From the human T2T-CHM13v2.0 reference genome, Homo sapiens, in assembly GCF_009914755.1 (NCBI RefSeq), contig NC_060925.1: a stretch of 64,000 bases of DNA, one strand, 5' to 3'. The notes beneath the pieces are model-generated. The model saw nothing but the letters and a program-made list of their open reading frames with translations, was not told the origin of the DNA and did not search any database. Positions 14,470 through 30,462 of the stretch are shown here, in pieces. Positions within the stretch are counted from its first letter, which is position 1, and each line of letters begins with the position of its first letter. A program made the position numbers and the translations under genes.

Positions 14470-15187
14470 AATAGAAGCCCCCTTTACCCAATTTCTACCT
14501 AACCCACTTGCCATTTTAACCATCTCTGTCTTCCTGAGTGAGGCCAGATACGGGCCCATGGCCCCCGTGGCCTTCCTACATGCCCTCCCTCACCTGCTAA
14601 GACAAAGGCATTCCAAAATTAGGTGCATCTGTTATCAAACCTGTTTTACTAATTGCAACTACAATATGTAATATGTAATTTAATTAAACATTACCTAAAT
14701 CCATGAAATATGAGTGCAAAAGAAAGAGCATTGTTGTTTCTATGACACAGTAACTTAAATGCTTTGGAGAGTCTCCATAAAGGCAAGCAGTTAAAATATA
14801 TTACTATCAGATTACGTGTATGTGAGACAACTGTAAAGGAGTAGGGGAAACAGCAAACATCGAGAAAGACTCTCCATTGCTCACACGTATCTATAAGTTC
14901 CTGCTCCACTTTAAAGAGTCTTAAACTGGAGATCTTAGATGATGGATTGCAGATGTGGTTTAGCAATAATAATGATTTGGGACACTGGTCAGGGACCAGT
15001 ACTTAAAGGCAGGGTTTTGAGCTTTAATCAATAGATTGGCAAAGAAAATGTACAGATCCATGTCTTAAGTTAAAGTAAAATGCTTAAGGTATGAGTATAT
15101 CACTTTGTGCAGTTCCCTGCTTCGACTGACTTTTTAGCAGACCAAAATGCCAGTTCTATTCACACTGGATAAGGAGTTTTCACAGTA
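14470..15187 (+). mobile_element. Old Tigger (TcMar, Tigger13a-like) element with decayed transposase N-terminus
   Basis: Broken frames give LNALESLHKG, VCETTVKE* and LEILDDGLQMWF (14926-14961), resembling psq and CENP-B-type HTH segments of pogo/Tigger transposases. Confidence 0.65.
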
Positions 15188-15973
15188 CTTGGCACTGGCT
15201 AAATGTTATCTCCTTCCCCCATCACCACCCTACCACCACCTTGAAAGTTCGATTTCACACCCAAATGCCATTCCTGTTCTTTAACATTTTATCAGTAAAT
15301 ACACACTGTTGAAGTGCCTCCACGTTGCACCAAACCAGTGCTATTTGCAGAGAACATTCACTTAACCTTAGAGCATGGAGGCCCAGGACATTTCCATTTT
15401 ACACATTCCAGAAACAGCTTCACCCCCTCACTCAGCAGAATCCAGAGAGGCCTGGGGAAGGTGGCAGACAGAGCTGAGGAGTAGTCATCCAACTTTTAAT
15501 AAAAATAACAATATCCATCCTTTATGCAGCACTCTAATGATCACAAGCCCTTTGAAGATGTAGGTTAATCTCCTGACACCCCTCTGAGCTGGGTCCATGT
15601 TGTTCTTTTCTGCTTAGAAGGTTAGGGAGTGGAAGGAAGGAAGGTTAATTGACTTGTTGAAGGCAGCACTGCAACTTAATAGAAATGACAGAGTGAGACT
15701 CCAGGGCTGCAGGCGTTGCCAGCTGTGTGCCCTGGTCTCAGGTCTTTTGGTCTAGCTTTTTCCCCAGGAAATCGGGTGTGTTTTCTGATCACAATACTTT
15801 TACATAAAATGTGTGTGTGTGCATACGTGAATGCGTGTATGTGTGTATATGTACATGCATGGGCATATGTATCTTTCCTCTTACATGAGAAAACCTGCAA
15901 AAGAAATATTGTGGGTAATGATTCATCACACTTCATTTCTCCAGTCCCTCAATTGGTTAAAAAAAAAAACTCA

Positions 15974-16144
<171 letters not shown>

Positions 16145-17272
16145 TCAAAGAAAAAAGCCAATGCCAAAGCCACCTGCATACACCTTCCCTGCCACCCCCA
16201 GCAATGGGAAAATCCTAGAGCAACAGCCTGATCTAGGCAAAGGATTGAGGCCTAGAGATGAACTCCTCAGAAACCCTGCTCTTCTTGCCCTCAGCAAGTC
16301 CTGGATATGGGACAGGCAGCCTACCCATATTTGGAGCATCCCATCATATTAGAAAAATAGGATTCCTTGGTCCTGAGGAACCTTTTCCATTTGCTTCCTT
16401 CCCACCCATCCTTTCCCATGTTCCTGAGATGTGGCCACAACTTAGGTTGGTTATAAATCATGACTGTGGCATGTAAGTCATTTGCACAGTATGGGGGTTG
16501 TTGTTTTGTGTTTTGGAGGAAAAGTTATGTAAACATCAGCTCCATCTGAGGAACAAATACAGGTTGGCCACAGACAATATAAACAGGGAAGATGATGAGA
16601 TCCTGTGGTCTCTTCTGGGGCCAACCTGGAGAGCCTGTGGGACCAAAAGACCATCTATCAATGTCTATCATGCGGCTACTGTGTACTCAGTGCCCTTGGA
16701 GGGGTCCGGGCGATGGCACTCAGGATGAAACCCCAGGTGACCAGAGGGAGGAGGGGAAAGGGGTTGGGAACAGAGGCATCGATTGGATAGAACTGTGTAA
16801 ACGAATGAGGAGATTGAAGGTGACACGCAGACTCTGTCCGGCAAAGTTTCTGCTGCTGCCTAACTCCGTGGACACTGTAAGTGGATAATTCACTGTGTGC
16901 TGTAGCAGGAACTTTACCCAAACTCCTGTGGCACTTCTTCTTCCTCCTTTGCTTCCTGCTTCCCTCCCTAAACCACAGGGGTCCACCCAGGGCAGCCTGC
17001 CTTGCCCCACAAGGACAGCAGGGATCTGTGTCATCCAAAACCAGCTGGAACATCATAAAACCCCTCCTTCTGATCCTAGCAGGGCAGCAAATTGGGAATG
17101 AACTTCAACTGCTTCGTTTTCAATTAACTTGGACTTTCTAGGCCAAACGTGGGCCTAGAAACCCCTCGGGTGGTCCTTCTCTACTGGTAGCTTGAGATGG
17201 ATTTAAAGTAAGCCACAGCACAGGAAAACTCACATTTGCAAATGAGTCCTTCCCAATTCTTTACAAAATAAC

Positions 17273-17547
17273 TTTTTTTTTTTTTTTTTGAATACATGGT
17301 TTTATTCTCTCAGGCTGGAGTGCAGTGGTGCTATCATGACTCACTGCAGCCTCGAACTCCTGGGCTCAAGTGATCCTCTTGAGCAGCTAGGACCACAGGT
17401 GCACACGGTGTACTTTAAAAAGTATTATTATTTTGTAGAGATAGGGTCTCACTATGTTGCTGGTCTTAAACTCCTGACCTCAAGCAATTCTTCCACCTTG
17501 GCCTCCCAAAGTGCTGAGAGTATAGGCGTGAGCCACTGTGACTGGCC
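17273..17547 (-). mobile_element. AluJ, diverged
   Basis: Poly-T then antisense Alu with deletions. Confidence 0.85.
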
Positions 17548-17553
17548 AAATAA

Positions 17554-18198
<645 letters not shown>

Positions 18199-18269
18199 GG
18201 AACCCTTTCTAAACTCTGCTCTGGTCAGAACGCTGGCAGGTGGTAAGGTGGTGAGGTAGTTATCCACCT

Positions 18270-18690
18270 GCACTCCAGGCTACTTAAAGGGCCAGCAGCT
18301 ATAGGGCAGAAGCCACAGTGCCCTCCAGTTCTGCCTTTAGGTCAAGGCCAGCAGGCTGCTGAGAGACCCCACCTGAATCCCTCTCTGAGAATTTGGTTGA
18401 AGGAAGTGCCGAGGTACCTGGTTATGCCCCTTCCTTGGGGACAGCCTCATTCAATGGCTGGCCTGTGCTGGATACAAAGGCCCAGCCCCGGCCTCATTCT
18501 AGGACAGCTTTGTGGGCTATCTCAGTTGCAGAGCCACTGTGAGGTCGAATGAGGCATTTGTTGCAACTGCATGACAGCTCAGTTTCCCCTTCTGTTCCCT
18601 CCCTTTCTCCCTTCTAGGTGCTGTTCTTCAGAGCAACCTCCTGCACACAACCTCCATCACGAGGCTGTCTCTCAGCAAAAAACCTAAGGG
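18270..18690 (+). mobile_element. LTR16-like (ERVL) LTR
   Basis: 'atgccccttccttgggg...acaaaggcccagccc' and 3' 'acctcctgcacacaacctccatc...acctaag'. Confidence 0.65.
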
Positions 18691-18817
18691 GCTACCCACC
18701 AGCACCCACATACAGGCCTGCCTCAAGCAAGGCTCGGTTCAGATGCATTACAGTGACAACACCGGCACTTCCTCCCTCACCCTTCCATGAGGGGATAACT
18801 ATCCACTTTCCTGAGTT

Positions 18818-18819
<2 letters not shown>

Positions 18820-18850
<31 letters not shown>

Positions 18851-18876
18851 TGTGTGTGTGTCTGTGTGTGTGTGTG
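18820..18876. repeat. (TG)n microsatellite, interrupted
   Basis: Directly visible. Confidence 0.97.
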
Positions 18877-20166
18877 TTTTAATTCATTCTGGAAGAACTG
18901 AGAACAAACTGGGTGATGTCCTATATGTAGCTGACTATGAGATTAGGTCAGGTTGGCTAATTAAGGCTAATTCACTTCCATCTCCTGAGATGAAAGCTAT
19001 TGTGGGGCTGGCATAGAAACAATTAACCCTACTAGAGTTCAAAAGCTTATGTGAGCTGAGAGCCCATTCCCCACTCTGGAGCCATTCATTAATGATTCTA
19101 TCCTTTTTCCCCATCCTTTACTCCCATCCTAACTTCCTTTACTGGTGGCATCAATTGTCATTCTGTGCAATTCCCTGACTGACAGCACAAATGCAAATTT
19201 AGAGAGCATATCACAGGGAGAGGGCACACTGTGCCTGGGGAGGTTGACATCTGTTTTTGCAGAGATGGTCCTTTTGCTTGGAAGCATATCACAGCCTAGC
19301 TAATGTGAGGATCAGTCTTGAGAGACGCCAGTAAGAAACGCAGAGGCATGGAAAATCCTCACTAATATAAATGAGTGTGGTTTACATTTGGCAGGGTGAG
19401 GGGATGCATTTTTAAATGAGAAAAACTGCAGCACTGTAGGTGAAATGAGAGGCTTCCCCTTGCAGGAGTGCATGTGTATCTCAGATCCAGGTGATGGATG
19501 GTTGAGGCTTGTAATTACCCACATCAACAGCCCTTTTGAATTGACCTGGTTATTTGCAAATAAGGTTGCTGACATTTTTATTTGCACTGTTTCCAAAATA
19601 GCTGCACTACTTTCTCATAGTGCATTTTTTTCTTAATCTTTGTGGTTGTGATCTTGGATTTCCCTAATGTTATAACTGAAAGCAAAGAAATAAGTTGGTA
19701 GGCTAGTTCAGCTGAGGCATCCTAGGGATGATGCAGGTCCAGGACCAGCCTCTAGAGAGAGTAAATCACACCAACCAAGGCCGTGGAGACTGGAGCAGAA
19801 CCCAGACCACTGATTTACACTAGGGAGTGTGGGGATGAGATGGGAGTCAGAGAACTAGGCATTTATATGGACAAAAACATTCTGATGCCCTGTGCAAAAC
19901 TTCCTAGCAAGGTATCTGAAAGAGTAATTGAGAGATTGAGCAGAGAATCAAAGCCAAGGCAGTTTTTTTGGGTAATTTCATCCAGTCTACGGAAGGCCAT
20001 GGAAAGCTCTCTCAATGCCACTGTAGATTTTACTGTTGAAGTAACTATAATTTCTTAACACTTTTGAATTCAGAGTCTTTTTCCCTCCACTTTGGGAAGT
20101 GCTAGATAAACTGGGCAAACTGTTTGCTTCTGAACTCTCCCTTTTCCAGGTTCCATGCAACAGTTG

Positions 20167-20216
20167 GCAGTTACCATAAAAATGTTGCAGTTACCATAAA
20201 AATGTTGCAATTACCA
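20167..20216. repeat. 20-bp tandem repeat (2.5 copies)
   Basis: gcagttaccataaaaatgtt twice plus gcaattacca. Confidence 0.9.
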
Positions 20217-22163
20217 AGATTACTACTTATCTGATAATAGTTAAAAAGCTGACTTTGAATGGTGACATTATCTGTCCTTGATCTCTGATTGTAGGGATGT
20301 ACTTATGTGGTATTTCTCCATGCACTTGCTATACTCACGTTCTTTCCCTTCACTGTAACATTGAGACCCATATGATAGCCTTTAGGATTAGAAAGTACTG
20401 TTAAGACTTGAGTTGAGGAGCTAAGACACAGAAAAGGATGGCATAGTTAACAACAAGACAGAATGGGTGGAAGAAAGATGAATGAACAGATCAGTGGATT
20501 TGTTGTTGGGAAAATAAGCTAAGATCTACTCGCATGTAAAAAGAATTTGAAAGACAGAATGTTCCATGAGTGACAAAATCCTTGGTGTAGGGCAAAGGTA
20601 TCCAAACTGCTAGTTGTGATTAGTAAGCCCAGGGTCCCAAACCCCAGAATGCTACCCATTATCTCAATAGATTCCTAAGGCTTTCTTTAGAGAAGAGTTC
20701 AGATCAGATCTACCTTTTAGTCCCAAATCCCTGTCTTGTTTCCTGACTTAGAGAACTGAGTTGTGAAAACTCCTTCAACCACTCTAGATTAAGAACCAGA
20801 TTTCTGGCTTTAAGTTTTTTTTCTTTTGTTTTCACATGGCTTTCTAAAGATGATGGGAGGAGAGGAAGCACTTCTGAAAGAGACCTCCCAAATTCTGCTT
20901 CTCCATAAAAGTAACTAGAATACTGACAAAATTTACCAAAATTGGTGTTTCAGAACTCTGGAAATCAAAAGCTTTCAGAAATCCAATAAATATTTATTCA
21001 AGAAAAACAGCTGAACATCAGTAAGAACAATATGTGTTATGGCATTTTAACTTGTCCTCATTTTATTCCCCTCCCTCCAGCTTCACAATAATCTTAAAAA
21101 TAAGTAGCCTGCAACTACAGTAGTAGCCCAACAGCCGCTGGAGGGGGAAGAATGAGTTTGAAGCTCCCCAGAAGCCTCGTCCCAAGATAATTGCCACTGT
21201 TTAAGTAGTCTGGAAGCTTATTAAGAAGCTCCATTCTCAGGACTTGTCTTTATTTAATCAGATTCAGAACTCAGTGCAAGCAGCCCTATCCCCAAGACAT
21301 TTGCCAAACATTATGAGCAGCAATCGTTTAACATTCCAGCTGCCTGAAGTAGCATTTCCAGTTGGGGATAATAAGAGATTGATCAAAAAACTTAAAAGGA
21401 AAAACTTGGGAATGAGATCTCTATAAGGGGATTTGAAAATCTCCAACACAATCCTGGGAATCTACAAGTCCACACATATGTGCAGGACAATGTGCATTCC
21501 TAGGAAAGAACTGAGAAGGCCCTAATTTCTCCCATCTTTCTGGCCTTCAGGCTCTACCCAAGAAGTAATTAAAGACTAAGGGAGGTTGTAAACTGCCTGC
21601 CAGTACCATTGATGGCATACCTCAATACTCACACACAGTCACTTGACAAAGATTAGGAGATGTATGGGCTCAAGACATTTAAACAAATCTCTGTCCAGTC
21701 ATTAGCTGACCACAAAGTTAATCAAGCAGAGACTTCAATGACTGCACATAACAAAGAACACAGATCTTACAGGTTGAGTCCAGGCAGATCACTAAACAAA
21801 GAGCAGGAACAACAACAGCAAAGATAAAACAACAAACTATAGGGAGTTGAGGGAATCTGATTTCCACAGATTCTGCCAAAAAGAGTTGCCATATTATATT
21901 ATTTTAAATGCCTAGTTTTCAATAAAAAATTACAAGACATGCAAAGAGACAGGAAAGTATAGCCATACATAAGAAAAATAAGCAGTCAATATAAACTATC
22001 CCTGGGGAAGTCCAAATATTTGATTTACTAGGAAAAGGATCTTAAATGAGCTATTATGAATAAATATATTCAAAGAACTAAAGAAAATTATGTCTAAAAA
22101 TTAAAGGAAATAATGAGAATGATGTTTTGCCAGATACAGAATATCTATGAAAACTTAGAATTA

Positions 22164-22533
<370 letters not shown>

Positions 22534-23519
22534 AAAGGTTGAAATGAAAAACTCACTAAAGGGGCTCAACAGAAGATCGTAATTGGAAGAAAAACTAGCA
22601 AACTTGAAGACAGACCAATTGAAATAATCCTGTCTAAGGAACATAAAGAATCAAGGATGAAAAAAAATGAGTAAGTACCTATGAGATACTGTCAAACATA
22701 CTAACATATACATAATGAGAGAAAGAGGAAAAAGAATATTTGAAGAAATAATGGCCAAAGCCATCTCAAATTTGATGAAAAAAATTAATTGATCTGTACA
22801 TCTGAGAAGTTCAATGAACTCCAAGTAGAAAAACTTAAGAGAGTCATATCTAGACACATCATTGTCAAACTGTTGAAAGACAAGACAAAGAGAGAATTTT
22901 GAAAGAAGCAAAAGAGAAGCAATTCATTCCATACAAGCCATCCCCAGTAAGATTAACAGATGAATTCTTATTAGAAAACATGAGGCCAGAAGGTGGTAGT
23001 ATGACATATTCAAAGTGCCTAAAGAAAAAGACTATCTCCCACCAAACTAGTTACCAAGAATTCTATCTCCAAGAAAACTATCCTTCAAAAAACAAAGGAG
23101 AAATTAAGACATTTAAGTAAGACATTTAAGAAACACTAAAGGGAGTCCTTCAGGCTGAAATGAAAAGACACTTGACAATAACTTGAATACACATGAAGAG
23201 ATAAAGAAATAATAGTAACTACATAGGTAAATATGACGATTTGAATACATTTTATTTGTAAGTCTTTTCTCCTATCTGATTTAAAAGACAACAGCATAAA
23301 ATAATAATTATAAAACTGTGTTAATGGGCTTATAATCTATAAAGGTGTAATTTGTATTACAATAATAGTACAAAGGATGGGGCACAAAGCTATATTGGAG
23401 CAAAATTCTTATATAATTAAACTAATTTTATTTATTTTTTTCCCAAATACTTATTCACTTTATTTGTATTAACATTTCTGAATAAACAACACTGATTTTG
23501 CCATTTACTAAAGGCCAGC

Positions 23520-25024
<1,505 letters not shown>

Positions 25025-25273
25025 TTAAAATTAATCTGTTTTTAATCTGAATTCTATTGTTTTGAGTTAAAAAGTTAATTGTAATTCCCAGGAAAACCAC
25101 TAAGAAAGTGACTTAAAATATGGTTAAAGACACGACAAGGGAATTAGAAAGGTATGTTAGAAAATATCTAACTCAAAATAAGGTAGTAATGGAGAAATAG
25201 AAGAACAAAAAAGACATAAAATATAGCAAAAACAAATAGCAAAATTGTGGATGTAGGTTCTGCCTTATTGGCA

Positions 25274-25511
25274 CAAGTTGAGTATTTCTTATCTAAAATG
25301 CTTGGGACCAGAAATGTTTTGGATTTGGGATTTTTTCAGATTTTGGAATATTTGCATTATACTTACTGGTCAAGCATCCCAAATCTGAAAATCTGGAAGC
25401 TGAAATGCTCCAATAGGCATTTTCATTGAAGAGCATCATGTTAGCAGCCAAAATGTTTTGGATTTTGGAGCATTTCAGACTTGGATTTTTGTATTTGGGA
25501 TGCTCAACCTG
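25274..25511. mobile_element. Tigger4a (MER46A/Zombi) DNA transposon
   Basis: TIRs caagttgagtat / atgctcaacctg followed by TA; internal 'aaatgcttgggaccagaa...ttttggaatatttgcat'. Confidence 0.88.
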
Positions 25512-25577
25512 TAACTACATTAAATGTAAATGGACGAAATATTCCAATCAAAAGACAGAGATTGCCAGCATGGATTA

Positions 25578-25830
<253 letters not shown>

Positions 25831-26732
25831 ATTTTAAAAGTGATCCTACTATAAGCTGTCTATAAGAGATACATTTTAGAGTCAATGACACAAATAATAG
25901 ATTGAAATAAAAAGATGAAAAAAGACATAACATACAGATAATACCCAAAAGAGAGGTGGAACAGCCATACTAATATCAGAGAAAATAGACTAGGTCAAAA
26001 ATTGTTACTAAAGGCAAAGAAGGACATTTCATAATGATAAGAGGATCAATCCATAAGGAAGTTATGGCAATTATAGACATGTATGCACCTAATAAGAGGG
26101 CCTTGAAATACATGAAGAAAAATTGATCAAAATGAAAGGAGAAATAGACAATTTGACAATAATAGTTGGAGACTTCAATATCCTACTTTCAATAATGGAT
26201 AGAACAACCAGGCAGAAGATCAACAGAGAAAAAGAAAGTGAGGAGATACTTCTTTCCTGGCAGGAAGACATTCTGGGCCTACTTTATGACCTATGTTCCA
26301 TTAATGGGAAGAGAAAGAAGATACCTAAAGCAGAAAAGGCATCCAGGATTACCAAAAAAATGGTATTCCCAAAAGAGTGCCCTTTTCTGAAGAAGCAAAA
26401 TATTTACCCTTTGGTTTCTCCTGAGAAAGTCTGTCCACCCTCAGCAATTTATTCTGTTGCTGGCCCTTGCTCCATATCAGCACTTCTTATTGGGAGGAGA
26501 GGTGAAATTAGGTGGAAGTGGAGTCTCTGGCCTTCCCTTAGAAATTAAAGTATGTTCCTGTCCTGACCTTTCTAAGCAAGATTGATTGCCTGTTCTTTGG
26601 GAGAAATGGAGGCACAAGGGAGTGACATCAGCCTCCCAACATTCCTGAAAATATCATGGCAGGATCAGTTATTCACCTGAGGAGGCAGGAAATATCAGGA
26701 AGTGGTCATCTGGCCACTTTTAGTTTAGAGCT

Positions 26733-27026
26733 TGTGACTCACAGTTCCACATGGCTTGGGAGGCCTCACAATCATGGCAGAAGGTGAAGGTGGAGCAAAG
26801 TCATGTCTTACATGGCAGCAGGCAAAAAGAGTGTGTGCAGGGGAACCTCCCCCTTTATAAAACCATCAGATCTTGTGAGACTTACTCACTATCATGAGAA
26901 CAGCATGGGAAAAAGCTGCCTCCCTGATTCAGTTACCTCCCACCAGGTCCCTCCCACTATGCATGGGAATTATGGGAGCTACAATTCAAGATGAGATTTG
27001 GGTACAGACACAGCCAAACCATATCA
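26733..27026 (-). mobile_element. THE1 (B/C-like) MaLR solo LTR with internal deletion
   Basis: 'ggaggcctcacaatcatggcagaagg...gacacagccaaaccatatca'; 5-bp TSD gagct on both sides. Confidence 0.9.
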
Positions 27027-27523
27027 GAGCTCTTGGTATGATATATATGTTCAAAAAAATGTGAAAAAGGGAGAATATACAAAATTTAATCAAACATCAA
27101 TAGAAGAAAAACACTAAGGAATTTCTGCCTCAATTGAAGAGGTCTATATTGTTTCTATACATAATTACCTGAGGAAAGTCTAGTGTTTTTTCTCCCCCAA
27201 AGATTGCCAAACTTTTTGCTGTGTCACTGGGCAAGCAATGATGGATCGATTTATGTTCAACACTCCATGGGGAATGCATTGCTGCATACGTTAAAGCTCA
27301 GTTTCTGCTACCTTGTAATTTATTGACTAATTTCTTCGATCAAGTCCATTTAAGAGGTTTAGTAAGTTTCTAGTGTACTTTAATGACATTTTACTGATAC
27401 CCCCCTAGAATCGTACTTGTTAGCATTCTTTAAACAACTTTATAAACTTTAATCAGTTAATTTTCACAATACTCCAATGAGGTTAGGTGAGAATTAATTC
27501 CGCTTTTATGGAAGGCCTCCTGG

Positions 27524-27982
27524 AGTAATTCTCATACATGAGTGGGCATCAAAATAGTCTAGGTTGCTTGTTAGAAGGGAAGATTCTTAGGCTCCATCCT
27601 CTAGGAACCTTTGATTCAATAGGTGTAAATGAGGGTTAAATCCCTGTACTTATTTATTTATTTTTATCTTTAGAAACAAGGTCTCATTCTGTCACCCAGG
27701 CTGGTGTGTAGTGGTATGATCATAGTTCACTGCATCCTTGAACTCCTGGACTCAAGCTATCCTACAAGTAGCTGGGACTACATGTGTGTGCCACCATGCC
27801 CAGCTAATTAAAAAATTTTGTTTTCTTTAGAGGTGAGATCTTGCTATGTCACCTAGGCTATTCTCAAACTCCTGTCCTCAAGCAATCCTCTCACTTCAGC
27901 CTCTCAAAGGCCCTATACTTTAATAATCATTCCTAGGGATACTGATAGAGATAGTACAGAACCACATTTTAAAAAACACTAT
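27524..27982. mobile_element. MER5-like hAT element split by an AluJ
   Basis: 'agtaattctca...tgattcaataggt' and 'gaaccacattttaaaaaacact'. Confidence 0.55.
27651..27909 (-). mobile_element. AluJ, diverged and truncated
   Basis: Antisense Alu; TSD ccctgtactt / ccctatactt. Confidence 0.88.
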
Positions 27983-29940
27983 AGTAATCCATGAATCTGT
28001 AGACAGAGAAATCTTTTGTTTTTAAAATATGGCAGACTGTCTACCTTGACTTCAACTCTAAAACATTACTTTTATGTTACATTGTAAAATATCATCAGTG
28101 ATGCATAAAACACAGCTTTTAAAATGTACAATCAACCTGTGGAGAAGGTAAGGGTGAGGGATGCCTAATAAAGAAAGTAAGAGCTAAAGAGGTAGATGAG
28201 GTGCTGAGGCCAGGTTTCACCTTGAGAGCATTTGCTAGACAAGTGAATTTGAAAACCCTACTAAGGTATCATTTCTCACCTATCAGATTTGAAAAAAAAA
28301 ATCCTAAAAGCTTGAAAACTTCCTATGTTTGGAAGTAGGCTTTCTCATGTATTACTGGCAGGAATGCAAAAAAGCACAATCCTTATAAGAGAAGCTGGCA
28401 ACACTTAGCAAACGTTACATAGACATTTTCCCTTTAATTCATTAATCCCTATTTTGGGAATTGATTTCAAATATACAGTGACAAAAATACAAGAAGACAC
28501 ACACAGAAGGTTATTCAACCAAGAAAAGGAGAATAAGAAAATACACATTTTCTTATATTTAAAAAAAGATGGAAGAATGGTTATCTATAAAACAGGGGGA
28601 CCATGGGGTAGAGGAAACAAATAGAAATTTGTCTATTTCAAATATATGTTATTTTGTATATTTAATTTTGTTATCATGTAAATGTTATGAAAAATTCTAA
28701 AATGAAGTTAAATAAATGAAAAAAGCAATTATAGAAATGGAAAAGAAAGTGAAACAAATGAACCTGTTTTTAGATGAGACATAGTTTCCAAAAGCAAGTA
28801 TTTCAAATGACTTTAAAACAATAATTTGACTGTATATCCCTCATGGGGATAGATGCAGAAGACACAAACAAAACAAAAACAGAAACAAATACAAAAAACC
28901 CACACACAATTCTAAAATGTGAAACCATCTTAGTAATCATATTGTTGATGATAGAATTGATATTGTTATTTGGAGACTGTTGTGTGTGTTATAGTAAGAA
29001 AAGTAGTTATATGGTGTTGATGAGAAATCAGATTTTTTTGTATCCTTGAAAGGAAGGAAAAAATTTAGTGAGGTTCTATAAAAACTCTGTATTCTGGAAT
29101 TTAAATGAGAGATATCAATATGAACTCACGATACATTTTTTTTTCAACAAAACATATGTCTTAGCTTTGTCCACCAAAAATGCCCAGAAACAGTGACCAA
29201 CCCAATAGCAGTGAACAATCCTTTACCTTCTAGATTTTGTTCTATCTAAATACTACTTACCACTAAAAGGGATCAGAGCTCTTTAGGGAAATGGTCGGTT
29301 CCAGGTTTGGGGCACAAATGAGCATGGAACTTTTGTCAAACCAAAAAGGAAAGAAGCTATTAAATATTACTAGAATTATGTCAAAAGAACTGAAGAGCTA
29401 ATCTGAATAAATTCTCATTGACCAAAGATGAGACAACTTCAGCATCAATAAAGATAATAACGTTTAAATCTGTAGGTTCATAATTACACAAAAAAACCCC
29501 ACCCACCTTGTTTAGTCATCTTGGAGGGTTTCAGCGAACCATCTCATTATTTTGAAAACAAGTAAAGGAAAAAGTCAGAAATCTATTCTGGTTTTTCCAT
29601 ATGATCTGTACTTCAGAGTAACCAAATCGTAGAAAAAAAGAACATTTCTCTTTAAATAAATTTAACTGATAAATGAAGGCAAAATAGCAAACTTGGGATA
29701 TCATTAAGCAATGACCCTCAGTGACTGAGAATATCACAGGGAGAGAGACCATAAGACATCATGTACCACTTGATAAAGTCATCCTGCCAAAAAAGAAAAC
29801 AATGAATCCAAATTTGATCAGATCTCTAGACATTATTGCTGATTTACAAGAAATACAAGGGACAGAGAAACATTTTAAATAATACCATAGAGATATAACC
29901 AACAAAACCCAGACTGTGGAAAGCTTCAGTTTCCACAAAT

Positions 29941-30009
29941 GTTTCAAACTTCACACTTTCAAAGTTTCAAACTTCACAGTTTTAAAGTTCCAGACTTTAC
30001 AGTTTCAAA
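29941..30009. repeat. 23-bp minisatellite, 3 diverged copies
   Basis: gtttcaaacttcacactttcaaa / gtttcaaacttcacagttttaaa / gttccagactttacagtttcaaa. Confidence 0.85.
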
Positions 30010-30287
30010 CAAATGAGATGTTTCTTCAACAACAACAACAAACAATTTAAAGGAAAAAAGAGATGGAGCATAAACTGTAAGTTAAAAGCGATTTAGGAGA
30101 TATAATAAATAATTGAAATATGTGGATCTTATTTTGATTCTGATTTAAATAAGCTTTAAACAAAATTATAATACAACCAGGGAAAAGTAAACACTAACTA
30201 GATTTGATAATATTAGGGAATTATTAGCATTTTTAGATGTGATTATATTGTGATTGTGTATTTTTTAAAAATTCTTACCTTTTAGAG

Positions 30288-30462
30288 CAGAGGTTGGCAA
30301 ACTATGGCCTGTGAGTCAAATCCAGCCCACAGCCTGTTATATAAAGTTTGATTGGAACAGCCCTGCCCATTTGTTGACATGTTGTCTATAGCTGCTTTTG
30401 CACTACAATGGTAGATTTGAGTAGTTGTAACAGAGACCTTATCTGACTCTTTGCCAACCCCT
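30288..30462. mobile_element. MER58A (hAT-Charlie)
   Basis: TIRs cagaggttggcaaa / tttgccaacccct; core 'tgagtagttgtaacagagacc'. Confidence 0.85.

Noticed and set aside
26123-26548. 141-aa ORF fusing L1 endonuclease sequence to unique sequence
   Set aside because: Chance read-through from a truncated L1; starts at TTG, with no promoter or splice support
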